Shown: piece by piece, positions 8,854 to 18,167 of the stretch | Numbering within the stretch: the first letter of the stretch is position 1 | Layout of the letters: every line of letters begins with the position of its first letter | Assembly: GCA_963693095.2 (NCBI GenBank) | Contig: OY843768.1 | Location: 416,001-480,000 of the forward strand | Source: Cenarchaeum sp. | GTDB taxonomy: Archaea > Thermoproteota > Nitrososphaeria > Nitrososphaerales > Nitrosopumilaceae | Length of the DNA: 64,000 nucleotides | Direction of reading: 5' to 3' | Notes under the pieces: generated by a model | The model's database searches: none | What the model was told of the DNA's origin: nothing | What the model saw: only the letters and a program-made list of their open reading frames with translations | Program-made: the position numbers and the translations under genes

Positions 8854-10389
8854 GGGTATCTTGAAGACGCGCTTGAAGTAATCCGAGTTCTCTGGTGCCT
8901 CCTCGGCGCCGTCATGCACTCCGGCGAGGCTCTTGGCGAGGCCCTTCTTGTATCCTAGCTGCATCTGCCTGGCGATCTGTATGCGCTGGGCCTGCGGCGA
9001 GCCGGCACCGTGCATGGACTCGGTCAGGTAACCGACGGCGTTGCGCCCGAGCGTCATGTTCTCTATGAGGCGCAGTATCCTCATGCGGCTCTCGACGTCG
9101 ACGCCCCTGCGGCCGGTGAGGTATTTTTTCAATAGCGGGCCTGTCTCCGGATCCCTAAAGTCCATCTCGGAGGGAAGCGTGACGACTAGGCCGCCGGCTA
9201 TGTCCTGCGCGAGGCGCGATATCTCGTAGGGAAAGCGCGTCACGTTGTGCTTGCAGACCTGCGCGAGCATGTCGTCGTTGAGCCACACGCCAGAGTCCAT
9301 CCTGTGCGCCTGGTACGACGAGGCGATTCCGGCCGCATATATCGACTCGTTGAGGTGCGTCATCTCTACGAGCTTGTCCTTTATGTGCGAGACCTTTGGC
9401 ACGCCGTTATAGTCGGCGATCGTGGCAGCAGCCCCTATCATGACATCGCCGAGGCCAGTCTTGCAGACATAGCTGCGGCGGTGATAGCACGTAAAGCGCT
9501 CGACTAGCATTGCGGCAAACTCGTGCTCGCCGTCCATAAAGATGCGCTCCCACGGTATAAAGACGCGATCGAGCAGTATGAGTGCCTCCTGGCCGGCAAA
9601 CTTTGCGTTTCCGGCGTCAATGTCACCCTCCTCCATGCTGCGCGTGTCGCATGACTGCCTGCCATAGATGTACGTGACGCCCTTTGCGTCCACGGGAATT
9701 GCGCCGACTATGGCGTACTCCCTGTCGGCCTCGCCGAGGCGCATGGTCGGCATCACAATTATCCAGTGGGAGTTTATGCAGCCAGTCTGGTGGGCCTTTG
9801 CGCCGGTGACATAGACGCCGCGCTCGTCGCGCTCCACAACGTGGACAAAGACGTCAGGGTCGTCCTGCTCGGATGGCGCCTTTGCGCGATCGCCCTTTGG
9901 GTCAGTCATCGCCCCGCCGATGACGAGGTTCTCCTCCTGGACCATCGTGATGAACTTGAGGAGGCGCTCGTGGTACTTTGTGCCGTGAGCCGTGTCGATC
10001 TCGTGCGTTGTCGAGTGGAGCGAGTTTAGCGCGTCCATGCCGACACAGCGCTGAAAGCACGTGCCGGTGAGCTGCCCGAGCTTGCGCTGCATCTTGTTCT
10101 GCAGGACGAGATCCTCGGCACTCTCGGCTATGTGAAGGAACCTGTTGACGCGCCTGCCAGATATCGACGAGTCCGCCGAGGCAAGCTCCTCCTCGCGCAC
10201 GGCAAGGTCGTATGTCTCGGCGACTGCGTTGATCGAGGGCCGTATCATGGGGTGGTCGACGGGCTCCTCGACGCGCTTGCCCATGAGAAAGACGCGCAGG
10301 CCCCTGCCGCGCAGGCTCTGCACGTACTCCTCGCCCGTCCTGATCGGAACGACGCTCTGAACTCCACCCTTGCCCACTGTCACCGGCAT
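8830..10389 (-). CDS. abfD: 4-hydroxybutyryl-CoA dehydratase (3HP/4HB cycle)
   Basis: TGTCFQRCVGMD, MTDPKGDR, HRRSYVCK and ESMHGAGSPQAQR motifs. Confidence 0.95.
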   Translation of the reverse strand: MPVTVGKGGVQSVVPIRTGEEYVQSLRGRGLRVFLMGKRVEEPVDHPMIRPSINAVAETYDLAVREEELASADSSISGRRVNRFLHIAESAEDLVLQNKMQRKLGQLTGTCFQRCVGMDALNSLHSTTHEIDTAHGTKYHERLLKFITMVQEENLVIGGAMTDPKGDRAKAPSEQDDPDVFVHVVERDERGVYVTGAKAHQTGCINSHWIIVMPTMRLGEADREYAIVGAIPVDAKGVTYIYGRQSCDTRSMEEGDIDAGNAKFAGQEALILLDRVFIPWERIFMDGEHEFAAMLVERFTCYHRRSYVCKTGLGDVMIGAAATIADYNGVPKVSHIKDKLVEMTHLNESIYAAGIASSYQAHRMDSGVWLNDDMLAQVCKHNVTRFPYEISRLAQDIAGGLVVTLPSEMDFRDPETGPLLKKYLTGRRGVDVESRMRILRLIENMTLGRNAVGYLTESMHGAGSPQAQRIQIARQMQLGYKKGLAKSLAGVHDGAEEAPENSDYFKRVFKIPLAAGRPE

Positions 10390-10441
10390 GGCACAAGCGC
10401 ACCATGGGGCTCTATAAAAATTCTATACGTGATCGCAGGGA

Positions 10442-12559
10442 TCATGCGGCGCGCGACACGCCTGAGATGCCTATGCGCACGTCAAGGACGCGGCATCCGC
10501 GCCCGCGGCCCATGACCCTGACGGGGTTTAGGTCAAGCTCGCGGATCTCGGGCAGGTCAGAGACGAGCTGCGAGACCCGCTGGATGCACTCGGCTAGGGC
10601 CGCCTTGTCCGAGGCCTCCTCGCCGCGCACGCCGTCGAGCAGGCGCGCAGTCTTTATCGACGATATCATCGAGCGGGCCTCGCGGCCCGATATGGGCGCG
10701 ATGCCAAAGACGACGTCCTTTAGGACCTCGACGTATATGCCGCCGGCGCCGAGCATCACTGCCTGCCCGACGTTTGGCTCGAGCTTTGAGCCGATGATCA
10801 TCTCCCTGCCGCCCTTGACCATCTCCACGACGAGAACCCCGTTGACCTGCGCGCGCCGGTCGTACTTTTTGGCGTTCTTCACAATCTCGGCATACGCCGC
10901 ACGCACGGCCGAATCGCCATCAACGTTGACCTTTACGCCGCCGGCATCAGACTTGTGCGTTATCTGCGGCGATGCCACCTTTAGGACGACGGGATACCCT
11001 ATCTTTCTGGCCGCCTTTACCGCATCGGCCGCCGAGCCGGCAAGGGCCGACTTCGGCAGCGGCAGGCCGTACGCGCGAAGTATCTCAATGCCCTCCTCCT
11101 CTAGGAGCGACTTTCTGCCCTCGCGCATGGCTCCCTCGACTATTGCCCTCGCGCGTGCCGCACTTGCCCTGAACCTTTTCACGCTGCCCACTGACTCGCG
11201 AGTAGAGGCGGCAAACCGCAGCATCACGCCAAGCGTCCTGATTGCCGCCTCTGCATATGGATAGTGCGGAACCCCGCCGTCAGCGAGTATCTGGCGGTTT
11301 GTGATCCCCTCATCAATTCCCATGAGGCTCGCAAGGACGGTCTTTTTGTGCTTTTTTGACATCTCGACGATGACGCGGGCCAGGCCGTCATAGTCAAGTG
11401 TCGCAGATGGCGTGCACATTGCGATAACCGAGCCGACGTTGCGGTGGCCCAAGACGACATCGAGGACTCCGCGAAACCTCGCATAGTCGGCATCGCCGAC
11501 AATGTCGACGGGATTGCGCGAGCTGCCCCATGGCGGAATGACTGCGTCTATTGCTGGCCTGGCCGAGGAGATGTCTGCCATGCGTATGCCGAGGCGCGAG
11601 CACGCATCAGTCGATATTATCGCCGGCCCGCCGGCGTTTGAGACTATTGCGAGATCGCCGCGCAGCGGGAGCGGCTGCTTTGAGAACGCCGTCGCATAGT
11701 CAAAGAGCTCCCCCATTGTGTCGACGCGTATGGCGCCGGACTGGCGAAGGAGCGCATCGTATGTCTCGTCAGAACCCATGAGCGCACCAGTGTGCGACAT
11801 TGCGGCCTTTGCGCCCTCGGGACTGCGGCCGGCCTTTAGCACGAGAACCGGCTTTTTGAGCTTTTTAGTTATGTGGCCGCACACGCGCATAAACTCGCCG
11901 CCATCGCCCATGTCCTCAAGGTACATGACTATGACCTTTGTCTGGCGGTGCTCGCCGAGCATCTTTAGGACCTCTGTCTCGCTCATTGCGGCCTTGTTGC
12001 CCATGCTGACTATGGCAGAAAAGCCGATCCCCTGCGCGCTGGCGTCCTCGGCGAGCGCTGCGCATATGGCGCCGCTCTGCGAGACGAGCGCGACGCCGCC
12101 GGACTTTGGCGTTATCTTTAGGAACGTCGCGTTCATCATCGTCTTTGGGTCGAGGTTCATCACGCCGAGGCAGTTGGGCCCTATCATCCGTATGCCGTGC
12201 CTTTTGGCGATCGCGCCAAGCTCGGCCTCTAGCCGGGCGCCGGCCTCGTCGACCTCCTTGAATCCCGCAGTGATGACGATCGCGCCACGGACTCCCTTTT
12301 TGCCGCACTCCTCCATCACAGTCGGCACGATCGTGTTCCTTGTCACTATGACTGCAAGGTCGACAGTGCCGCGCACGTCAAGGACAGACGCGTATGCCTT
12401 TTTGCCAAAGACGGTCTTGCGCGTTGGGCTTATCGGGTAGACCTTGCCCCTGTACCCGGAGATTATGTTTGACGTTATTGCGCTGCCGACGCTGCCCTTC
12501 TTGTCTGATGCGCCGATCACGGCTATGGACCTTGGCGAGAGAATTGCCGAGTCTGTCAT
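10442..12559 (-). CDS. ADP-forming acyl-CoA synthetase, likely 4-hydroxybutyrate-CoA ligase
   Basis: IAVIGAS, GPNCLG, SQSGA, SHTGAL, HKSDAGGV and LDLNP motifs; adjacent to abfD as in Nitrosopumilus. Confidence 0.9.
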   Translation of the reverse strand: MTDSAILSPRSIAVIGASDKKGSVGSAITSNIISGYRGKVYPISPTRKTVFGKKAYASVLDVRGTVDLAVIVTRNTIVPTVMEECGKKGVRGAIVITAGFKEVDEAGARLEAELGAIAKRHGIRMIGPNCLGVMNLDPKTMMNATFLKITPKSGGVALVSQSGAICAALAEDASAQGIGFSAIVSMGNKAAMSETEVLKMLGEHRQTKVIVMYLEDMGDGGEFMRVCGHITKKLKKPVLVLKAGRSPEGAKAAMSHTGALMGSDETYDALLRQSGAIRVDTMGELFDYATAFSKQPLPLRGDLAIVSNAGGPAIISTDACSRLGIRMADISSARPAIDAVIPPWGSSRNPVDIVGDADYARFRGVLDVVLGHRNVGSVIAMCTPSATLDYDGLARVIVEMSKKHKKTVLASLMGIDEGITNRQILADGGVPHYPYAEAAIRTLGVMLRFAASTRESVGSVKRFRASAARARAIVEGAMREGRKSLLEEEGIEILRAYGLPLPKSALAGSAADAVKAARKIGYPVVLKVASPQITHKSDAGGVKVNVDGDSAVRAAYAEIVKNAKKYDRRAQVNGVLVVEMVKGGREMIIGSKLEPNVGQAVMLGAGGIYVEVLKDVVFGIAPISGREARSMISSIKTARLLDGVRGEEASDKAALAECIQRVSQLVSDLPEIRELDLNPVRVMGRGRGCRVLDVRIGISGVSRAA

Positions 12560-12620
12560 TGTGTGCGGTGCGCGCGCGAGGCGTGTTGGATAATAAAGGT
12601 ATGCGCCGATTCGGGTGTTT

Positions 12621-13463
12621 CTAGACCCTTGGGATGATGCCTACGCGTGAGCGTGCCGTGAGGGCGACTATGGCAATTATCGATATTGCGAGGACTGTCA
12701 TCACGACTGCGCCAAACTCTGGCACGACGAGGCACTCGCTAATCTCGACGTCAACGCTCTTTTTGAAGATCGTGTTGGATCCCTGCTGGACATTTATCAT
12801 ATAGTTGCCGTCCTGCTCCCACTGTGGGCACCCGATCATGATGTCGGCGTTGAACTGCCCTGAGGATGACGGCGTCACCTGCTCGGTGTGAACCTTGTTG
12901 CCGTTTGGTGCCTCTATGATTATCGTGATGTCGTTGGCCTTTGATGTAGTCTCGCCCTGTATGGTAATGACGCTGGCGCCAGGCTGCGCGTCAGCCGTGA
13001 ACTCTAGGCCGGGCGTCATTGCCATGCTGCGCTCCGGAGGAGTAGTGGTCGTCTGGCCTATGAGTGAGGACATTGCGCCGCTGCTAGTGTCAGTCACGCT
13101 GCCATCGGAGACGAGTATGTTGACTGACAGGTTGTGCGCCGAGGAGGATGCCGACTGGCTCTGGTTCACGTTTACGGTATAGATGCCGTCCTGCTCCCAG
13201 CCAATTATGCCCGTCCTGGCCGTAAACGCAAAGGCGCCGTCGGCTCCGGGATCGTCCTGGTCGACATGAACCACGTTGCCCTGCTGCGTCGTGATCTTTA
13301 CGGTGATGGGGTCGGCCTTTGTCGTCATGCCGTTTATCACAATGTCGCTGCCGTCACTGGTCGTGACGTTGATGCTCATGCCGGTCTGGCCAATTGCCTG
13401 CGATGCCGGAACCATGAGGAGTGTGACTGCGATCAGGGCGAGTCCGCAAACTTGCGACTTCAT
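12621..13463 (-). CDS. PEFG-CTERM sorting-domain surface protein
   Basis: Signal peptide, two similar beta domains, C-terminal VVPEFG + TM helix + basic tail. Confidence 0.9.
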   Translation of the reverse strand: MKSQVCGLALIAVTLLMVPASQAIGQTGMSINVTTSDGSDIVINGMTTKADPITVKITTQQGNVVHVDQDDPGADGAFAFTARTGIIGWEQDGIYTVNVNQSQSASSSAHNLSVNILVSDGSVTDTSSGAMSSLIGQTTTTPPERSMAMTPGLEFTADAQPGASVITIQGETTSKANDITIIIEAPNGNKVHTEQVTPSSSGQFNADIMIGCPQWEQDGNYMINVQQGSNTIFKKSVDVEISECLVVPEFGAVVMTVLAISIIAIVALTARSRVGIIPRV

Positions 13464-13519
13464 CAGCGCGAGACCCCAATCTGTCTATATTTATGTATAT
13501 TCAGGCAGTTCACGCCTAG

Positions 13520-14386
13520 TCAGTACCTTGGCAGGATGCTGAGCCGAGACCTTGCGCTTACGGCCACTATGGATATTATGGCCACTGCGAGGACGAGCAT
13601 GGCGACTGTGCCAAACTCTGGGACGATAAAGCTCCCGATTATCTCTATGACCTGACCCTCGCCCGCAAAGAAGCTGATGACTAGGTTGCGAGTCGTGGGG
13701 TCATTGGTCTCGACTGCATCGACTATCTCGCCGTCGATCAGGACGCTAAAGGGAACGTCATCGCCCTCGGCACCAGCTGTCCTAGAGTCAAGTATGCTTC
13801 TGGGTATGCTGATAGTCAGGCTTCCGTCATCAGACGCGTTGACCACTATATCGATTGAGGGTGAGCCGCTTGCGCCTGGGGCTATGCTGACTACCTCGCC
13901 GCCAACGATCTCAAAGACCACGCCGGCTAGCATGGCGTCTATTGGAGAGACAGGCTCTGGCTCTGGCTCAGGCGTGGGTGCGCCGCCGCCATACTCTATG
14001 GTCGTCGTTGCCTTGAGCGAGCCTGTTGGGCCATAGGTAGCCGTTACCGTGTATGTTCCGGGGTTTGCCCATAGGGGACCGCCTGCCGTGAACTCTACTG
14101 CGAACTGGTTGTTCTCAACGCTCGGCTGGGCAAAAAGGACGCGATTGCCGTTGGGCGCCGTGACGAATATGGTGAGCGCGCCCTGCTGGGTACTGGTGAC
14201 CATGCCGTTTATCGTGACCCTCTCGCCAGTCGCGTATATGTCTTGGTCAGGAGTGAGCGTTATTGGGGCGCTGGTGACAGGCGAGGCGATCTGGGCGTAC
14301 GAGGAGCCCATGCCAACACTAGACAGCATTATTGCCGAGATGGCGATCGCTGTAATGGCTGCCGCATTCAACGTCCACCCCCCCAA
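13520..14386 (-). CDS. PEFG-CTERM sorting-domain surface protein
   Basis: Signal peptide, Ig-like domain, PEPEPEP linker, C-terminal IVPEFG + TM helix + basic tail. Confidence 0.9.
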   Translation of the reverse strand: MGGWTLNAAAITAIAISAIMLSSVGMGSSYAQIASPVTSAPITLTPDQDIYATGERVTINGMVTSTQQGALTIFVTAPNGNRVLFAQPSVENNQFAVEFTAGGPLWANPGTYTVTATYGPTGSLKATTTIEYGGGAPTPEPEPEPVSPIDAMLAGVVFEIVGGEVVSIAPGASGSPSIDIVVNASDDGSLTISIPRSILDSRTAGAEGDDVPFSVLIDGEIVDAVETNDPTTRNLVISFFAGEGQVIEIIGSFIVPEFGTVAMLVLAVAIISIVAVSARSRLSILPRY

Positions 14387-14563
14387 AACGTGTGTTATTT
14401 AAGTATACTTTATGAGCCACAACACCTCACGGCCTGTGACATTATTCACCTGTGGGGGCATGATCGCCCCTTAGTATATATTGAGCGTTGCGGGCAGTGC
14501 CCGTAAATTGTTTAGCGAGCAGCCTGCCATGTCCATTGCTGCGCATGGGGGCTGAAAGGACAA

Positions 14564-14812
14564 TTGGTAAAAAAGAACCCCGTTCTAGTTCCCGATCACG
14601 TCTATGTCCCCAGGCACGAGATAGTCTCCAAGGCCGAGGCCGAGGAGGTCATTCGCGAGTACAACTGCCGCCTCACCGAGCTCCCGCTCATATTTGCGAC
14701 CGATCCGGCCATAGTCGGCCTCGGCGTAAAGCCAGGAGACCTGATCAGGATCACGCGCAAGAGCAGCACGGCCGGCGAGAGCGTATACTATCGCTACGTC
14801 GTGGAGGTGTAG
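14564..14812 (+). CDS. rpoH: RNA polymerase subunit H (Rpo5)
   Basis: HVYVPRHEI, LPLIFATDP, GDLIRITRKSSTAGESVYYRYV. Confidence 0.97.
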   Translation: MVKKNPVLVPDHVYVPRHEIVSKAEAEEVIREYNCRLTELPLIFATDPAIVGLGVKPGDLIRITRKSSTAGESVYYRYVVEV

Positions 14813-14818
14813 GTGGGT

Positions 14819-17800
14819 ATGGCAGACCCCTCTAGCAAGCGATGGCCAATAATCCAGGACATACTGCGGCGCGAGGGCATTGCGCGCCAGCACCTCAACT
14901 CGTTTGACGAGTTTCTCGAGCGCGGGATGCAGAGCATCATTGACGAGGTGAGCCAGATCGAGATCGAGAACGCCGAGTACCCGTACCGGATACAACTGGG
15001 CAAGATAAAGCGCAAAAAGCCGCGCATGATGGAGCTTGATGGGTCTATCACGAGCATAACGCCGGCCGAGGCCCGGTTGCGCAACGTCACGTACGCCGCG
15101 CCGATTCACGTCGAGGCGCACGTGATCGAGGACAACAAGGTTCTCGAGACAAAGGACATACACGTCGGTGACATACCGGTAATGATAAAGTCGAGCATGT
15201 GCGTGCTTAACGGATACAGCGACGAAAAGCTGATAGAGTATGGCGAGGACACGCGCGACCCTGGCGGATACTTTGTCATCAACGGCTCTGAGCGCGTCAT
15301 CGTCGGCCTGGAGGATCTCTCCTACAACAAGATCATCGTTGACAAGGACAAGGTCAGCAACAACATTGTCCACAAGGCAAAGGTCTACTCGTCGATAATC
15401 GGATACCGCTCAAAGCTAGAGCTCTTGATGAAAAAGGACGACCTTATCGTTGCGCGCATACCCGGCTCGCCAGTTGACATTCCGGTGATTACGCTAATGC
15501 GCGCACTCGGCGTGGAGTCTGACAAGGACATCGCCTCGACAGTCTCGCTCGTCGATGCGATAAGCAACGAGCTAGAGGCGTCGTTCGAAAAGTCCAGCGA
15601 CGTGCTGACATCCAAGGATGCCATAGTGTACATCAGCAAGAGGATAGCGCCGGGCATGCTCGAGGAGTTCCAGATAAAGCGCGCCGAGACGCTACTTGAC
15701 TGGAGCCTCCTGCCGCACCTTGGCAAGCATCCCGAGAACCGCAAGGAGAAGGCGCGATTCCTCGGCGAGGCCGCATGCAAGCTGTTGGAGCTAAAGCTCG
15801 GCTGGATAGAGCCTGATGACAAGGATCACTATGGCAACAAGGTCGTAAAGTTCGCCGGCCAGATGCTCGCAGACCTCTTTAGGACCGCGTTTCGCAGCCT
15901 CGTGCGCGACATGAAGTACCAGCTCGAGCGCTCCGGCCAAAAGCGCGGAATCAACGCAGTCGCCGCAGCAGTCAGGCCCGGCATAATATCGGACAAGCTC
16001 AACAACGCCATAGCGACGGGCAACTGGGGCCGCGGGCGCATGGGAGTCACGCAGCTCCTAGACCGCACAAACTACCTCTCGACGATCAGCCACCTCCGGC
16101 GCATCCAGTCCCCGCTCAGCCGCACGCAGCCAAACTTTGAGGCGCGTGACCTCCACGCGACGCACTTTGGCCGCATATGCCCGAGCGAGACGCCAGAGGG
16201 CTCCAACTGTGGACTCGTAAAGAACCTCGCGCTCTCGGCGCTAATCTCGGTTCACGTGTCTCCCGAGGAGGTCATCGAGCGCCTCTACAGCATGGGCGTG
16301 ACTGTCTTTGATGACACAAAAGATGACGTAAAGCGAAGCGGCACGCGCATATTTGTTGACGGCAAGCTGATTGGATACCACAAGGACGGACAGAACCTTG
16401 CTGACACGATGCGCGAGCTGCGCCGCTCGGGCAAGCTCCACGCGCACATTGGAATCTCGATACAAAAGCCGGCAGCCGAGGGCGCAACGTCGCGTCTCTA
16501 TGTCAACTGTAACGCCGGCCGCGTCATGCGCCCACTCGTCGTCATAAAGGACGGCCGCTCGCTTCTGGCACCGGAGATGCTCGAAAAGGTCGAAAAGCGC
16601 GTCATCCCGTGGACGGACTTGCTGCGCGACGGCATTATAGAGCTCATCGACGCAAACGAGGAGGAGAACTATTACATCACGCTAAACGACAGGGAAACCA
16701 AAAAGTACACGCACCTCGAGATATTCACGTCGGCGATACTCGGTGTTGGCGCCTCGATAATACCGTATCCAGAGCACAACCAGTCGCCAAGGAACACGTA
16801 CGAGTCGGCCATGGCAAAGCAGAGCCTCGGATTCTCGACGCCGGTGATGAACACGAGCACGTACGTGCGGCAGCACTTTATGCTATATCCGCAGGTTCCA
16901 ATAGTCACGACAAAGGCGATGAACCTCCTGAGCCTCGAGGAGAGGCCGGCCGGCCAGAACTGCGTCGTGGCGGTCCTCCCCTTTGACGGGTACAACATTG
17001 AGGACGCCATTGTGCTCAGCAAGTCCTCTGTCGAGCGCGGCCTGGCCCGCACGTTCTTTTATCGCATCTATGACGCCGAGGCAAAGCAGTATCCCGGCGG
17101 CATGCGCGACTCCTTTGAGATACCGAGGGCTGACGAGAACGTGCGCGGCTACAAGGGGGACAGGTCGTACCGCCTCCTCGAGGCCGACGGCGTCGTGGCC
17201 TCAGAGGCCGAGGTGACCGGAGGCGATGTCCTTATCGGCAAGACGAGCCCGCCACGGTTCATGGAGGAGTACCGCGAGTTCGAGTCGAGTGGCCCCTACA
17301 GGCGCGACACGTCAGTCGGCGTGAGGCCGTCTGAGGGCGGCATGGTCGACACCGTGGTCATGACGCAGTCTGATGAGGGCGGGCGGATGTACAAGATTCG
17401 CGTGCGCGACATGCGCGTGCCGGAGATCGGCGACAAGTTCGCCTCGCGCCACGGCCAAAAGGGCGTCCTTGGCATACTCGCAAAGTGCGAGGACCTCCCG
17501 TACACAAAGGAGGGCGTCTCCCCTGACGTTCTCATCAACCCGCACGCGTTCCCGTCACGAATGACTGTCGGCATGTTCATGGAGTCGATCACCGGCAAGG
17601 CCGCAGCGCTGCGCGGCTCAAAGTTTGACGGCTCGGCGTTTGTGGGCGAAAAGATGGACGAGGTAAAGCAGGCCATGGAGACGCAGGGCTTCAAGTACTC
17701 GGGCAAGGAGGTCATGTACGATGGGCGCACCGGCCGACCGTTTGACGTCGAGGTCTTTATCGGCGTAGTCTATTACCAAAAGCTCCACCACATGGTAGCT

Positions 17801-18166
17801 GACAAGATACACGCGCGTGCGCGTGGACAGGTTCAGATGCTCACAAAGCAGCCCACCGAGGGGCGCGCACGCGGTGGCGGCCTGCGCTTTGGGGAGATGG
17901 AGCGCGACTGCCTCATCGCGTACGGCGCATCGATGATACTAAAGGACAGGCTACTCGACGAGTCTGACAAGTCCTCTGTCTATGTATGTGAGCGCTGCGG
18001 GCTAGTCGCATACCATGACGTAAAGATGCGCCGCTATGTCTGCAGGGTCTGCGGCGACAAGGCAAAGGTGTCCTCAGTGTCAGTAGCCTATGCGTTCAAG
18101 CTGCTCTTGCAGGAGATGCAGAGCCTCAACGTCGCGCCGAGGCTGCTCATCAGGGAGAGGGTCTGA
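14819..18166 (+). CDS. rpoB: RNA polymerase subunit B (Rpo2), unsplit
   Basis: GGYFVINGSERV, ETPEGSNCGL, GDKFASRHGQKG, GGLRFGEMERD. Confidence 0.99.
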   Translation: MADPSSKRWPIIQDILRREGIARQHLNSFDEFLERGMQSIIDEVSQIEIENAEYPYRIQLGKIKRKKPRMMELDGSITSITPAEARLRNVTYAAPIHVEAHVIEDNKVLETKDIHVGDIPVMIKSSMCVLNGYSDEKLIEYGEDTRDPGGYFVINGSERVIVGLEDLSYNKIIVDKDKVSNNIVHKAKVYSSIIGYRSKLELLMKKDDLIVARIPGSPVDIPVITLMRALGVESDKDIASTVSLVDAISNELEASFEKSSDVLTSKDAIVYISKRIAPGMLEEFQIKRAETLLDWSLLPHLGKHPENRKEKARFLGEAACKLLELKLGWIEPDDKDHYGNKVVKFAGQMLADLFRTAFRSLVRDMKYQLERSGQKRGINAVAAAVRPGIISDKLNNAIATGNWGRGRMGVTQLLDRTNYLSTISHLRRIQSPLSRTQPNFEARDLHATHFGRICPSETPEGSNCGLVKNLALSALISVHVSPEEVIERLYSMGVTVFDDTKDDVKRSGTRIFVDGKLIGYHKDGQNLADTMRELRRSGKLHAHIGISIQKPAAEGATSRLYVNCNAGRVMRPLVVIKDGRSLLAPEMLEKVEKRVIPWTDLLRDGIIELIDANEEENYYITLNDRETKKYTHLEIFTSAILGVGASIIPYPEHNQSPRNTYESAMAKQSLGFSTPVMNTSTYVRQHFMLYPQVPIVTTKAMNLLSLEERPAGQNCVVAVLPFDGYNIEDAIVLSKSSVERGLARTFFYRIYDAEAKQYPGGMRDSFEIPRADENVRGYKGDRSYRLLEADGVVASEAEVTGGDVLIGKTSPPRFMEEYREFESSGPYRRDTSVGVRPSEGGMVDTVVMTQSDEGGRMYKIRVRDMRVPEIGDKFASRHGQKGVLGILAKCEDLPYTKEGVSPDVLINPHAFPSRMTVGMFMESITGKAAALRGSKFDGSAFVGEKMDEVKQAMETQGFKYSGKEVMYDGRTGRPFDVEVFIGVVYYQKLHHMVADKIHARARGQVQMLTKQPTEGRARGGGLRFGEMERDCLIAYGASMILKDRLLDESDKSSVYVCERCGLVAYHDVKMRRYVCRVCGDKAKVSSVSVAYAFKLLLQEMQSLNVAPRLLIRERV

Positions 18167-18167
18167 C

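Noticed and set aside
8830-12559. 3HP/4HB carbon-fixation genes as a new pathway
   Set aside because: This is the established pathway and gene pairing in ammonia-oxidising archaea.
14395-14415. Palindrome AAGTATACTT (also GTATTAATAC at ~1247) as an operator
   Set aside because: Each coincides with the expected TATA box; AT-rich palindromes of this size arise easily.
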